DNA of 49,653 bases from Candidatus Nomurabacteria bacterium (lineage in GTDB: Bacteria; Patescibacteriota; Minisyncoccia; Phycocordibacterales; UBA9973), in the NCBI GenBank assembly GCA_026395965.1, contig JAPLXS010000007.1:1-49653 (forward strand), written 5' to 3'. The translations under genes were made by a program, and so were the position numbers. Below are positions 8,398 to 17,607 of the stretch, piece by piece. The notes under the pieces were generated by a model. That model saw nothing but the letters and a program-made list of their open reading frames with translations. It was not told the origin of the DNA and searched no databases. How positions within the stretch are numbered: position 1 is the first letter of the stretch; each line of letters opens with the position of its first letter.

Positions 8398-9669
8398 ATG
8401 CAAAAAGCAATAAAAAAAACATATAAAAACGGTTTAAGAGTAGTAACAATACCAATGAAAGAGAATCCAACCGTGACAGTACTTGTACTTGTGGGTACTG
8501 GAAGTAACTATGAAAAAAAAGAAATAAATGGTATTTCACATTTTCTTGAGCATATGTGTTTTAAGGGTACAACAAGACGTTTAACCGCGCAGTCTATATC
8601 TCACGAGCTTGATGGCCTTGGTTGTCAGTATAATGCTTTTACTAGCAATGAAATGACAGGATATTATGCAAAAGGAGATTCAAAAAATTTCAAACAGATT
8701 TTTGATGTTGTCTCTGATATATATTTGAATTCAACTTTTCCAGAATTGGAATTAGAAAAAGAAAAAGGAGTAATAGTTGAAGAGATAAATATGTACGAAG
8801 ATATGCCAGCAAGCCACGTACAAGATCTTTTTGATAATGTGTTGTACGGAGATCAGCCAGCAGGTTGGAGTGTCTTAGGTACAAAAGAAAATATTTATAA
8901 AATGAAACGTGACAATTTTGTAGATTATAAAAATAGTCATTATGTTTCATCTAATACAGTAATAATAGTATCAGGCAATATCACAAATGATGATGTTCAA
9001 AAAGAAGTAAATAAATATTTTAAAGATATAAAATCAACCACAAAAATAAAAAAAGTAAAAACAAAAGACATACAAATCGGTCCAAAAGTTTTAATAAAAC
9101 ACAAAGAAACAGATCAAACTCATTTTGTGATGGGGGTAAGGACTTTTCCTTTAAACGATAAGAGAAATATGACACTATCACTTCTCTCTGGTGTACTAGG
9201 AGCAGGGATGAGTTCAAGGCTTTTTATTAAGCTCCGAGAAGAAATGGGTGTAGCGTACTATGTTCGAGCACACAACAGTGTCTCGCTTGACCATGGAGCT
9301 TTTCAAATATCAGCTGGAGTAAATAACACAAGAACAGAAGAGGTTATAAAAGAGATTCTTAAAGAATGTAATCTTATGATTTCTCAAAAAGTAAGTGAAG
9401 AGGAATTAAATAAGGTTAAGTCATTTATAATAGGGAATATGAAGATGTCCTTAGAGTCTACTGACGATATAGCCAATTTTTATGGAGGTCAGGAACTTAT
9501 GAAAAATGAAATAAAGACCCTAGAAGAGAAAATTAAAGAAATTAAAAAAGTAACTAGAGAGGATATTCAAAAAATGGCCAAATTAATATTCAAGAATAAA
9601 AACCTAAATCTAGCTATAATCGGACCATTTGAAAAATCTGCACAATTCGAGAAAATATTGAAATTCTAA
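8398..9669 (+). CDS. M16 (pitrilysin/insulinase) family zinc peptidase
   Basis: Inverted zinc motif HFLEH (GISHFLEHMCFKGT); the two-domain M16 length fits. Confidence 0.85.
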   Translation: MQKAIKKTYKNGLRVVTIPMKENPTVTVLVLVGTGSNYEKKEINGISHFLEHMCFKGTTRRLTAQSISHELDGLGCQYNAFTSNEMTGYYAKGDSKNFKQIFDVVSDIYLNSTFPELELEKEKGVIVEEINMYEDMPASHVQDLFDNVLYGDQPAGWSVLGTKENIYKMKRDNFVDYKNSHYVSSNTVIIVSGNITNDDVQKEVNKYFKDIKSTTKIKKVKTKDIQIGPKVLIKHKETDQTHFVMGVRTFPLNDKRNMTLSLLSGVLGAGMSSRLFIKLREEMGVAYYVRAHNSVSLDHGAFQISAGVNNTRTEEVIKEILKECNLMISQKVSEEELNKVKSFIIGNMKMSLESTDDIANFYGGQELMKNEIKTLEEKIKEIKKVTREDIQKMAKLIFKNKNLNLAIIGPFEKSAQFEKILKF

Positions 9670-9706
9670 TACACCATTAAATATGTTATTATAGAAGTTT
9701 ATGGAT

Positions 9707-9823
9707 CCCGTTAGAGATGTGCTCGTAATAATCTTCGGGAGAGTTTAATATAATTAGAAAGTTTATATTATTAAATAAAATTAATCAGATACGTCCCACC
9801 CTTGGGGGACTATCTCTAACGGG
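9707..9823. mobile_element. MITE-like non-autonomous insertion (117 bp)
   Basis: Perfect 12-bp terminal inverted repeats, CCCGTTAGAGAT (9707-9718) and ATCTCTAACGGG (9812-9823), are flanked by the direct repeat ATGGAT (9701-9706 and 9824-9829). No ORF inside. Confidence 0.6.
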
Positions 9824-10891
9824 ATGGATGATAAATTTAAAAATGTACATATAAGTATCTCTACAAATACTCTTATAAAGATACTTCTTTTAGGAGTTTT
9901 GGTTATTGCTGTTATTAAATTATCAAATATTATTTTGATACTATTTATTGCCATAGTAGTAGCTTCTTTTGTTGAGTCAGCGGTAAAAAATCTGAAACCT
10001 TACATAAAAAGTAGGTCTCTTTCTGTTTTTCTTGTATATATAACTACTATTGGAATAGTCGTTGGATTGTCTTCTGTTTTCATACCAGTTTTTATCGAAG
10101 AGACTTCTGCTCTGGTTTCATCTCTTAGTCAGTATATTCCGAGTGGTAGTATATTGAATACATTTCAGCCAGATACAATCTCTGGAGCAAAAGATGTAGT
10201 TTCTAGTTTGTCCCACAATGCATCTCTATCTGAAATTATCAACAATACTCAGACTTTGATTTCTAGTATGTCAGGTGGTTTTATGGATATATTTGGTGGA
10301 GCTTTTGGTGGTTTATTTAATTTTTTCCTAATTATTATTATTTCATTTTATCTTTCAGTTACGGAAAGAGGTATTGAAAATTTTCTACGCATCGTTACTC
10401 CAAGTGATAGTGAAGAATACATAATAGGTTTATGGCAGCGTACAGAACATAAGATAGGTCTATGGGTACAAGGTCAGATGTTGCTAGGACTTATAATAGG
10501 TATACTCACATACCTTGGTCTTACTATTTTAGGTGTTAAATATTCACTTGTTTTAGCTATATTTACGGCATTTTGTGAATTGGTACCATTTGGGATATTT
10601 TTAGCAGTTATACCAGCTACTTTATTTGGATTCTTAGATGGTGGAGTTACACTTGCATTGCTCTCTTTTGGTTTATACTTTATACTTCATCAATTTGAAA
10701 ATTATTTAATATATCCTTTAATAATAAAAAAGGTTATAGGTATATCGCCACTAGTAGTAATACTTTCAATAATCATTGGAGCAGAGCTTGCTGGTTTTTT
10801 GGGTATTATACTTGCAATTCCAGCAGCAGTTTGTTTATTAGAGTTTTTAGATGATATTGAAAAGGATAAAATCCTTTCAAAAAATAATTAA
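9824..10891 (+). CDS. AI-2E family transporter (PerM/UPF0118 permease)
   Basis: Polytopic membrane protein with the characteristic C-terminal region (ISPLVVILSIIIGAELAGFLGIILAIPAA). Confidence 0.8.
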   Translation: MDDKFKNVHISISTNTLIKILLLGVLVIAVIKLSNIILILFIAIVVASFVESAVKNLKPYIKSRSLSVFLVYITTIGIVVGLSSVFIPVFIEETSALVSSLSQYIPSGSILNTFQPDTISGAKDVVSSLSHNASLSEIINNTQTLISSMSGGFMDIFGGAFGGLFNFFLIIIISFYLSVTERGIENFLRIVTPSDSEEYIIGLWQRTEHKIGLWVQGQMLLGLIIGILTYLGLTILGVKYSLVLAIFTAFCELVPFGIFLAVIPATLFGFLDGGVTLALLSFGLYFILHQFENYLIYPLIIKKVIGISPLVVILSIIIGAELAGFLGIILAIPAAVCLLEFLDDIEKDKILSKNN

Positions 10892-10892
10892 T

Positions 10893-12362
10893 ATGCAAAA
10901 ACCATTTTACTTAACAACAACTCTTCCTTATGTAAATGCACCTCTTCATATGGGTCATGCTCTTGAGTTTATACGTGCCGATACTATTGCTCGTTATAAA
11001 AAACTCGATGGATATGATGTATATTTCAATACAGGTACAGACGAACATGGTTTAAAAATATTTGAAAAAGCAAAAGAAAACAATCTATCAACTCAACAAT
11101 TTGTAGATAATGGATTTGAAACTTTCAAAGAACAGTTAAAAATGTTTGGAGTATTAAGTGATATAAACTATATCCGTACAACAGATAAAAACCATGAAAA
11201 AGCAGCCCAAGAATTTTGGACTCGTGTATCTGACAATGGTTATATTTACAAAAAAACATATGAAGCCAAGTACTGTGTTGGTTGTGAAAGTGAAAAAACA
11301 GATTCTGAGCTTGTAAATGATGAATGTCCACTACATGCAGGCAATAAATTAAAAATAATAAACGAGGAAAATTATTTCTTTAAATATTCAGAATTTCGAG
11401 ATGAGCTTTTAGATTTGTACGAAAAAAATCCTAAATTTATAATTCCTGAATTTAGATTTAATGAAATGAAGAAATTTGTTGAAAATGGATTGCAAGATTT
11501 CTCTATTTCAAGACTAAAAGAAAAGATGCCGTGGGGTATAGCTGTCCCAAACGACGACTCTCAGGTTATGTATGTGTGGTTTGATGCACTTGTGAACTAT
11601 ATCTCAACTCTAGGTTGGCCAGAAACTTTAGAAAAATTTGATAAATATTGGGTAAATGGAACTCCAACTCAATATTGTGGTAAGGACAATACTCGTTTTC
11701 AGAGTGCTATGTGGCAAGCTATGCTTATGGCTGCTCAGCTGCCCAATTCTCATCAAATAGTAATAAATGGATTTATTACTGGTGAAGGTGGTATTCGCAT
11801 GTCTAAGACACTTGGAAATGTTATTGATCCTAGAGATGTAGTAAAAGAATACGGAACAGATGCACTTAGGTATTTTATGCTCCGTGAAATATCTTCTTTT
11901 GAAGATAGTCCTTTTACTCTTGAAAGATTTAAAGATTCTTACAATTCTGGACTTGCAAATGGTTTAGGAAATTTAGTATCGAGAGTTATGAAGATGGCGA
12001 CATCAAACAATATAACTATAGATAAATTTCCAACATATAAAGATGTTATAGATCTTGAAGTCGAGGAAGGTTTTGCTGATTTGATGAATAGATTTGAGAT
12101 TAAAAATGCTACTGATTTATTGTGGACACGTCTTCAAGTTTTTGATGGAATAATACAACAAGTACAGCCATTTAAGTTGTTAAAAAGTGAAAATTTAGAT
12201 GACAAAAAAATAGGGACAGAATGTATAAAAGATATAATGCTAGGATTGTATCAAATATCTCTACTTTTAGAATCAATAATTCCTGAAACATCCAAGAAAA
12301 TCCAATATTTAATAAAAGAAAACAAAATGCCAGAAATCCCATTGTTTTTGCGCAAAGACTAA
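10893..12362 (+). CDS. metG: Methionyl-tRNA synthetase
   Basis: YVNAPLHMGHALEF (HIGH), a CxxC...C zinc knuckle and IRMSKTLGN (KMSKS). I prefer the ATG at 10893 over the track start at 10851, which overlaps the upstream gene. Confidence 0.92.
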   Translation: MQKPFYLTTTLPYVNAPLHMGHALEFIRADTIARYKKLDGYDVYFNTGTDEHGLKIFEKAKENNLSTQQFVDNGFETFKEQLKMFGVLSDINYIRTTDKNHEKAAQEFWTRVSDNGYIYKKTYEAKYCVGCESEKTDSELVNDECPLHAGNKLKIINEENYFFKYSEFRDELLDLYEKNPKFIIPEFRFNEMKKFVENGLQDFSISRLKEKMPWGIAVPNDDSQVMYVWFDALVNYISTLGWPETLEKFDKYWVNGTPTQYCGKDNTRFQSAMWQAMLMAAQLPNSHQIVINGFITGEGGIRMSKTLGNVIDPRDVVKEYGTDALRYFMLREISSFEDSPFTLERFKDSYNSGLANGLGNLVSRVMKMATSNNITIDKFPTYKDVIDLEVEEGFADLMNRFEIKNATDLLWTRLQVFDGIIQQVQPFKLLKSENLDDKKIGTECIKDIMLGLYQISLLLESIIPETSKKIQYLIKENKMPEIPLFLRKD

Positions 12363-12371
12363 AAATGCAAT

Positions 12372-12404
12372 AAAAAAGCCGGCACTGATTTGTGCCGGTT
12401 TTTA
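12372..12404. terminator. Bidirectional hairpin terminator between convergent genes
   Basis: AAAAAA-GCCGGCAC-TGATT-TGTGCCGG-TTTTT. Confidence 0.75.
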
Positions 12405-12414
12405 GATTTAATTT

Positions 12415-13029
12415 TTAATCAACTACATATACTATTGTCATAATAGTATATCCTTTGATTGCATCAATGTTGTCATCGCTACCGATATCTACACTGATAG
12501 ATCCATTTTTGTATTCTAATACATAAGAAATATTATTTTTATTCGCCAAAGCAATAATTGCATTTTGGGGAATATCAATAATTTTGCAATTACTAAAATC
12601 ACATACAATAGTTTTTAGAAAATCCACACCTTCTCTAGAATCGCCATGAGTTTTAGTTTTAAAAAAACGCAAAGGTTCATTTGTTGGAAAATTTCTACAA
12701 GCTTTGTTCATTATACGTAAAACTTCTTCTGCGTCTTTAATACAAAGAGTATCTGTTTTCTTTTGTTCATTTGGCACATATCTTGCCTGCACTAACTTGT
12801 ATTTTGGTACTCCATCAGTGTTGATGGGTATTAACCATGATACGCGGTCATGCTGTAGATTTTCTCTAGAAAAGGGAATGCTTACTTTTTCGGTGAATCC
12901 AGCTTCTTTTGTAGATATAAATCTTTCACCAAATAGTTCTTTAGCTTCTCTTTCTGTTACACTTTGTGCGAAACAAATCAATGATAAAAGTAATAAAACA
13001 GAAACATAAATACTTTTTTTCATAACCAA
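12415..13029 (-). CDS. Hypothetical secreted protein
   Basis: 204-aa ORF with a signal-peptide-like N-terminus (MKKSIYVSVLLLLSLICFAQS). No recognisable domain. Confidence 0.55.
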   Translation of the reverse strand: MVMKKSIYVSVLLLLSLICFAQSVTEREAKELFGERFISTKEAGFTEKVSIPFSRENLQHDRVSWLIPINTDGVPKYKLVQARYVPNEQKKTDTLCIKDAEEVLRIMNKACRNFPTNEPLRFFKTKTHGDSREGVDFLKTIVCDFSNCKIIDIPQNAIIALANKNNISYVLEYKNGSISVDIGSDDNIDAIKGYTIMTIVYVVD

Positions 13030-13154
13030 TCTTATTTAAATAGCTTTTATATATTATATAACTATTTGACAAATAAGTCAATCTGTATTGCATTTGCGCT
13101 ATTCATAATTTTTATATATAATTAAAGCATATATTTATAAAAATATATTAAACT

Positions 13155-13487
13155 ATGACCAAATTTTTAATTACACCAATTTATTTTCATTATATTTTTT
13201 TAGGTAAACTAGTACAAGATGCTGCTATCTTGTCATCTATCAATTTTAGCGACAGCGATAAATATCAACAATTTAAAATATCTATTTTCTTAAATTTTAA
13301 TCGATATCTAATGAATCATATTTTATCATTAGAAGATATAGAGTCAGACAGATTGATGGAGCTTTTAATCCCAGCGATGGAGAAAGCAAGCGAGGAAGAT
13401 ACACTAATGGTTTTAAAGAGTCACATGGGTTCTTTTGATAAAATAAGGAGCGAATTTTTAGAAATTTTTAATAATCATAATAAATAA
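13155..13487 (+). CDS. Hypothetical small protein (start uncertain; may begin at the internal Met MNHILSLEDIE...)
   Basis: The ORF ends 5 nt before the next gene. The C-terminal half is acidic and helical; the N-terminal half is low-complexity and may be non-coding. Confidence 0.3.
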   Translation: MTKFLITPIYFHYIFLGKLVQDAAILSSINFSDSDKYQQFKISIFLNFNRYLMNHILSLEDIESDRLMELLIPAMEKASEEDTLMVLKSHMGSFDKIRSEFLEIFNNHNK

Positions 13488-13492
13488 ATTAT

Positions 13493-15313
13493 ATGGAAGG
13501 AAAATTTAACATGACGCCAGTAGAAAAACCGATAGCTAAATCTAAAACAGTGGAGAGTGTTCCTTTAGATAATAATTACAAAGAGTTGCTTAATTTTTTT
13601 GAGGAGTCAGATAAAAATGGAGTAGAAGTAACAAATGAAATAATTGAAAGTGAATTAAATAAAATCCTTGGTATGGGTGTTCCAGAATTTCTTAAGAAAG
13701 AGATAAATGACCCTGAGATAAAAGGAATCCATGATCGTATAGCACAAGAGATTGAGAAAAGAAGTTATCAAGAAGTACCTAAGTCAAAAACTGTATTAGA
13801 ACGTCTTCGCAATATGGGTGCCAATAAATACCTTAAAACCTTATTTTTAAGTGCAGCTATGCTTTCCCAAGTAAATCAAGGTTACGCAGCAGAAAAGAAA
13901 ATAGGTAGTGGAGATAAGGATAAAAATAAAATTGAAGCAAGTACTAATACAATAAGTAATAAAAGCACTGATAGTGTTACTTATGATACAACAAAAGATC
14001 TTAATATCGGTAAAAATGATGGCTCAGAAGGACTTAGAAATATCTCAGAGATAAATATGACAAATAGTTTTGATATTGATAAATCTAGTATTTCTGGTGA
14101 AAATATTGGTAAAATCACAAATAATTTGCATTCATTTCTTGATAAAATAAATTCTCAAAATTTTAAAAAGTTTATGGATTCAAAAAAGGTTTTGTATGCC
14201 TCAAGTGATGAAAGAGCTACTAGATATGGGTCAACAGATAAACAATTAGCACCAACTCCTGAAAATAATAAAATTTTATCCAGTGACAGATTAAACGAGT
14301 TAGAAAAGATATTAAAGGAGACCATAGAAAATCATGATTTTTCAAAGTCTGGTTTAAGCGAAAACGAAAAGAATGAGATAAAAAATATTCAATTTTTACA
14401 TGAGATACCTGAATCAGGTTTTACTAAAATCGTTGATTTAAATAAAATAAATCCTTTAACTGGAGAAAACTACACCGATAAAGATGTAGAAGAAATGAAG
14501 AAAAATGACAAAGTGTTGTATGAGAAACTAATGAATGAATGTCGTTATGTAAAAGCAAACTTTATGGTTGAGTCAATTAAGACACCTGAATCAATCAAAA
14601 CACCCGAGTCAATATTTGAATTAGATAAATTTGATGAATGGAGTGCATATTGTGATGATAGTCCTTCAACACAAGCACTAAAGAGATTTCTTTCAAAAAG
14701 TATTGAAAAAGTAAGTAAAGGACCAAATGCAAATAAACCAGGGCAACTTGTCTTTTTTTCAGATGGTATAGATGCAACACAAAACGTATCAAATATGTCT
14801 GAAGCTTCTGAAGTAATAAAAACAATGGAATCAAAAGGAAGTTCATATGAAAAGGTTTTTACATCTCTTATTTCTGGCTTAAATCGTACAATCGAGTCTG
14901 ATAGTAAAACTTATAAAAATGGCGAATCTCTACCAAAGAGAGTTGCTTATGTTATTACCGATGAAGCATTACAAGATGCTAGTAAGTTAGATGAAGCAAT
15001 TAGTGCTGCAGATAAATCAAATACAGAGGTTAAAATTATAATGAGAGGAAAAACTTTAGATATTCATAGTATAAAGAATATGCTAGATAAAGCTATTTTA
15101 GAAATAATTAAAAAACAAAAATTATCAGAAGATCAAAAATCATTGGATATAAACAAAAAAGTATCAAGTACCAATGACTCAGACTTAATAGCTGAATTTA
15201 AAGTTTCTCATCCTCGTATACAAATCACAAGTGTGACAATGGATGGCACAAAAACAAATCTACCAATCGTAGGCGCCGAGAAGGGTGTTTCTCCAACATT
15301 TATCAATCTTTAG
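13493..15313 (+). CDS. Hypothetical membrane-anchored or secreted protein
   Basis: 606-aa ORF. An internal hydrophobic segment (KTLFLSAAMLSQVNQGYAA) lies about 110 aa in, so an alternative start at Met108 (nt 13814) would give a signal peptide. There is an imperfect ESIKTP x3 repeat near 14569-14613 and weak OmpA-like/vWA-like patterns only. Confidence 0.55.
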   Translation: MEGKFNMTPVEKPIAKSKTVESVPLDNNYKELLNFFEESDKNGVEVTNEIIESELNKILGMGVPEFLKKEINDPEIKGIHDRIAQEIEKRSYQEVPKSKTVLERLRNMGANKYLKTLFLSAAMLSQVNQGYAAEKKIGSGDKDKNKIEASTNTISNKSTDSVTYDTTKDLNIGKNDGSEGLRNISEINMTNSFDIDKSSISGENIGKITNNLHSFLDKINSQNFKKFMDSKKVLYASSDERATRYGSTDKQLAPTPENNKILSSDRLNELEKILKETIENHDFSKSGLSENEKNEIKNIQFLHEIPESGFTKIVDLNKINPLTGENYTDKDVEEMKKNDKVLYEKLMNECRYVKANFMVESIKTPESIKTPESIFELDKFDEWSAYCDDSPSTQALKRFLSKSIEKVSKGPNANKPGQLVFFSDGIDATQNVSNMSEASEVIKTMESKGSSYEKVFTSLISGLNRTIESDSKTYKNGESLPKRVAYVITDEALQDASKLDEAISAADKSNTEVKIIMRGKTLDIHSIKNMLDKAILEIIKKQKLSEDQKSLDINKKVSSTNDSDLIAEFKVSHPRIQITSVTMDGTKTNLPIVGAEKGVSPTFINL

Positions 15314-15335
15314 GTTTAATATTTTATAGAAGAAT

Positions 15336-16199
15336 ATGATTCCAAAATATATTGATATACATTCTCACCTAAACTTCAAAGCATTTGAGAGTGATAGAGA
15401 TGCTGTTGTTCGTCGTGCACTTGACTCTAGTACTTGGATTATAAATGTAGGCACTCAATACGATACTTCTAAAAAGGCAGTAAAAATGACAAATGAATAT
15501 GAGGAAGGAGTGTATGCAATCATAGGTCTTCATCCTATTCATACTGGAGCATCTTATCACGATGAATTTGAGCTCGGTGAAGAAGAGAAAGACTTTGCAA
15601 ATCATGGAGAAGTTTTTAATAAAGAAAAATACAGAGAACTTGCAAATTTAGGCAAAGTTGTAGCAATAGGGGAATGTGGTCTCGATTATTTTCGCTGTAC
15701 AGTAGAGTCTATAGAAAAACAAAAAATCGCATTTATATCACAGATAGAACTTGCAAACGAACTAGGTATTCCTCTCATGCTTCATATTCGCAACAACGAT
15801 GAAGACAAAACTCACAATGCTTATGTTGACTCACTCGAGATTCTTAAAAAATATTCAAAAGTAAAAGGTGATGTTCATTTTTTTGCTGGAAGCTTGGAGG
15901 ATGCTATCGCTTTTACGGATTTTGGATTTATGATTTCTTTTACAGGAGTAATAACTTACGCACCGAGGAAGGATGGTAAAGGTTGCAATTATCACGAAAT
16001 AGTAAAAAGCATTCCACTAGATATGATAATGACAGACACAGACAGTCCTTATGTAGCCCCAGTGCCCTACAGAGGGAAGAGAAACGAGCCTGTATATGTA
16101 AATGAAATTGTTAAAAAAATTGCAGAGATAAAGGGGTTGGAAGAGGAAGAAGTCGCTGCTCAAATTGTTATGAATACTAGAAAAATGTTTAAGATTTAG
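15336..16199 (+). CDS. tatD: TatD-family metal-dependent hydrolase/DNase
   Basis: IDIHSHLNF at the N-terminus, GECGLDYF and DTDSPY motifs. Confidence 0.85.
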   Translation: MIPKYIDIHSHLNFKAFESDRDAVVRRALDSSTWIINVGTQYDTSKKAVKMTNEYEEGVYAIIGLHPIHTGASYHDEFELGEEEKDFANHGEVFNKEKYRELANLGKVVAIGECGLDYFRCTVESIEKQKIAFISQIELANELGIPLMLHIRNNDEDKTHNAYVDSLEILKKYSKVKGDVHFFAGSLEDAIAFTDFGFMISFTGVITYAPRKDGKGCNYHEIVKSIPLDMIMTDTDSPYVAPVPYRGKRNEPVYVNEIVKKIAEIKGLEEEEVAAQIVMNTRKMFKI

Positions 16200-16208
16200 A
16201 ATTTATGT

Positions 16209-16252
16209 TTAGACGTCCAACATCTATCTGCTGATAGGTGTTGGACGTCTAA
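16209..16252 (+). terminator. Strong hairpin just after the tatD stop (terminator-like, no clear U-tract)
   Basis: TTAGACGTCCAACA ... TGTTGGACGTCTAA forms a 14-bp stem, with additional inner pairing CTATC/GATAG. Confidence 0.4.
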
Positions 16253-16291
16253 TACAAGATTATAAGGTTTAAAATAGAGTTTGATCCGTTT

Positions 16292-16320
16292 TTGACATAT
16301 CGGCATATATTTGTTAATAT
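16292..16320 (+). promoter_or_regulatory. Sigma70-type promoter of the rpsF-ssb-rpsR operon
   Basis: TTGACA (16292-16297), a 17-nt spacer, then TAATAT (16315-16320). Confidence 0.6.
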
Positions 16321-16324
16321 ATGC

Positions 16325-16380
16325 CTTATCTCGTTTGTCCCGACCCTGAAGTCGGTACACACTGGTCCATAGCGAGATAG
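16325..16380 (+). promoter_or_regulatory. Structured 5' leader of rpsF (candidate S6:S18 autoregulatory motif)
   Basis: The closing helix TATCTCG / CGAGATA encloses the hairpin CCGAC-CCTGAA-GTCGG and an exposed CCG. It starts just downstream of the predicted promoter. Confidence 0.4.
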
Positions 16381-16459
16381 TATTAAAATTAACAATTATT
16401 ACGCATTTGGTGTTGCGCTCTGAAGTATATTGCGCTTCATCAATTTGCAAAAACTAAAA

Positions 16460-16954
16460 ATGGCTAAAAAGACTATAGAAGAAAATATAGGTGAGGAAAA
16501 AGAAGCACGTTTGGAGGTTTATGAAGTAGGTTACATAATGTTGCCTACAATAGCAGAAGAAAATCTAGGTGAGGAAGTAACATCATTTAAGGATACATTA
16601 ACAGAAAAAGGGGCAACTTTTATTTCTGATGAATATCCTAAACTAATAGAACTAGCATACGAAATGGCTCGTTCAATCGCCAACAAGAAACAAAAGTTTT
16701 CTTATGGTTATTTCGGATGGGTTAAATTTGAATGTAGTACTTCTCAAGCTAAAGTTATAAAAGATATGCTTAGTAAGAATGAGAAACTTGTTCGTTTCTT
16801 GATGATTAAAACAGTTCGTGAAAATACTATGTCAGTAAAGCGTGCTTATGGCAAGCAAGATGGAGCAAAGCGTCGTCCTGCTCAAAAGCATGAAGAAGCT
16901 ACTCCAATAAACGAAGAAGTAATAGACAAAGAGATTGAAGCACTAGTGGTATAA
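16460..16954 (+). CDS. rpsF: 30S ribosomal protein S6 (with a C-terminal extension)
   Basis: YEVGYIMLPTIAEENL...GYFGWVKFE...VRFLMIK pattern. The ATG at 16460 is preferred over the track start at 16430. Confidence 0.85.
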   Translation: MAKKTIEENIGEEKEARLEVYEVGYIMLPTIAEENLGEEVTSFKDTLTEKGATFISDEYPKLIELAYEMARSIANKKQKFSYGYFGWVKFECSTSQAKVIKDMLSKNEKLVRFLMIKTVRENTMSVKRAYGKQDGAKRRPAQKHEEATPINEEVIDKEIEALVV

Positions 16955-16959
16955 TTGGA

Positions 16960-16998
16960 TTAGCAGTTAGTATCTAGCAACTAGATACTAAGTTCTAG
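16960..16998. repeat. CTAG heptad array, 6 units
   Basis: TTAG/CTAG/CTAA tetramers occur at 16960, 16967, 16974, 16981, 16988 and 16995 (period 7). The core is palindromic (TTAGTATCTAG-CAA-CTAGATACTAA). Confidence 0.8.
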
Positions 16999-17050
16999 AA
17001 AAATCATTATTATAAAATAATAAATAAAATAGTTCCAAGCGTATTTAAAG

Positions 17051-17068
17051 CTAGAAGCTATCAACTAA
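17051..17068. repeat. CTAG heptad array, 3 units (degenerate)
   Basis: CTAGaagCTATcaaCTAA, ending 4 nt before the ssb ATG. Confidence 0.6.
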
Positions 17069-17072
17069 TTAT

Positions 17073-17522
17073 ATGTATTTAAACAAAGCAATTCTTATCG
17101 GGAACTTAACTCGTGATCCAGAATTAAAAGCAATTCCTTCTGGAAACAAAGTCTGTACTTTTAGTATAGCTACCAATCGTACATATAAAGATGCAAACGG
17201 TGTAAGACAAGAAAAGACTGATTATCACAATATAGTAGTTTGGGGCAAGACAGCCGAAAACGTAGCTACATATATGAAAAAGGGAAGTCAAATACTAGTT
17301 GAAGGAAGAATGGAAACTCGTAGTTGGGATGATGCTGCAACAAATACAAAGAAGTACCGTACTGAAATTATTGCTGATACTGTACAATTTGGATCAAAGA
17401 GCACAGGAACATCTACTCCTTCATCTGCATCATCATCTTCCAAGCCACAAGCCAAAGAAGAAGATATAGGTACAATAGATTACCCAGAAGAACAAATAAA
17501 CGCAGAAGACATTCCATTTTAA
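17073..17522 (+). CDS. ssb: Single-stranded DNA-binding protein
   Basis: OB-fold N-terminus (NKAILIGNLTRDPELK...), a Ser/Pro-rich linker and an acidic C-terminal tip ending DIPF. Confidence 0.9.
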   Translation: MYLNKAILIGNLTRDPELKAIPSGNKVCTFSIATNRTYKDANGVRQEKTDYHNIVVWGKTAENVATYMKKGSQILVEGRMETRSWDDAATNTKKYRTEIIADTVQFGSKSTGTSTPSSASSSSKPQAKEEDIGTIDYPEEQINAEDIPF

Positions 17523-17523
17523 G

Positions 17524-17575
17524 TTAGCAACTAGAAGCTAGAAACCTGCCTACCGACAGTCAGGCTAGTAACTAG
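17524..17575. repeat. CTAG heptad arrays (3 + 2 units) flanking a short GC-rich hairpin
   Basis: Tetramers at 17524, 17531 and 17538, and at 17565 and 17572. Confidence 0.7.
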
Positions 17576-17607
17576 TATAAAAAGAAAATTACAAGAAATA
17601 ATAAAAT

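Noticed and set aside
10851-10892. Upstream extension of metG that overlaps the AI-2E gene
   Set aside because: The conserved MetRS N-terminus (MQKPFYLTTTLPY) begins at the ATG at 10893. The extension is just the out-of-frame tail of the upstream gene.
16196-16450. 84-aa minus-strand ORF
   Set aside because: It covers the tatD terminator hairpin plus the rpsF promoter and leader on the opposite strand. No coding signal is visible, and those features explain the region better.
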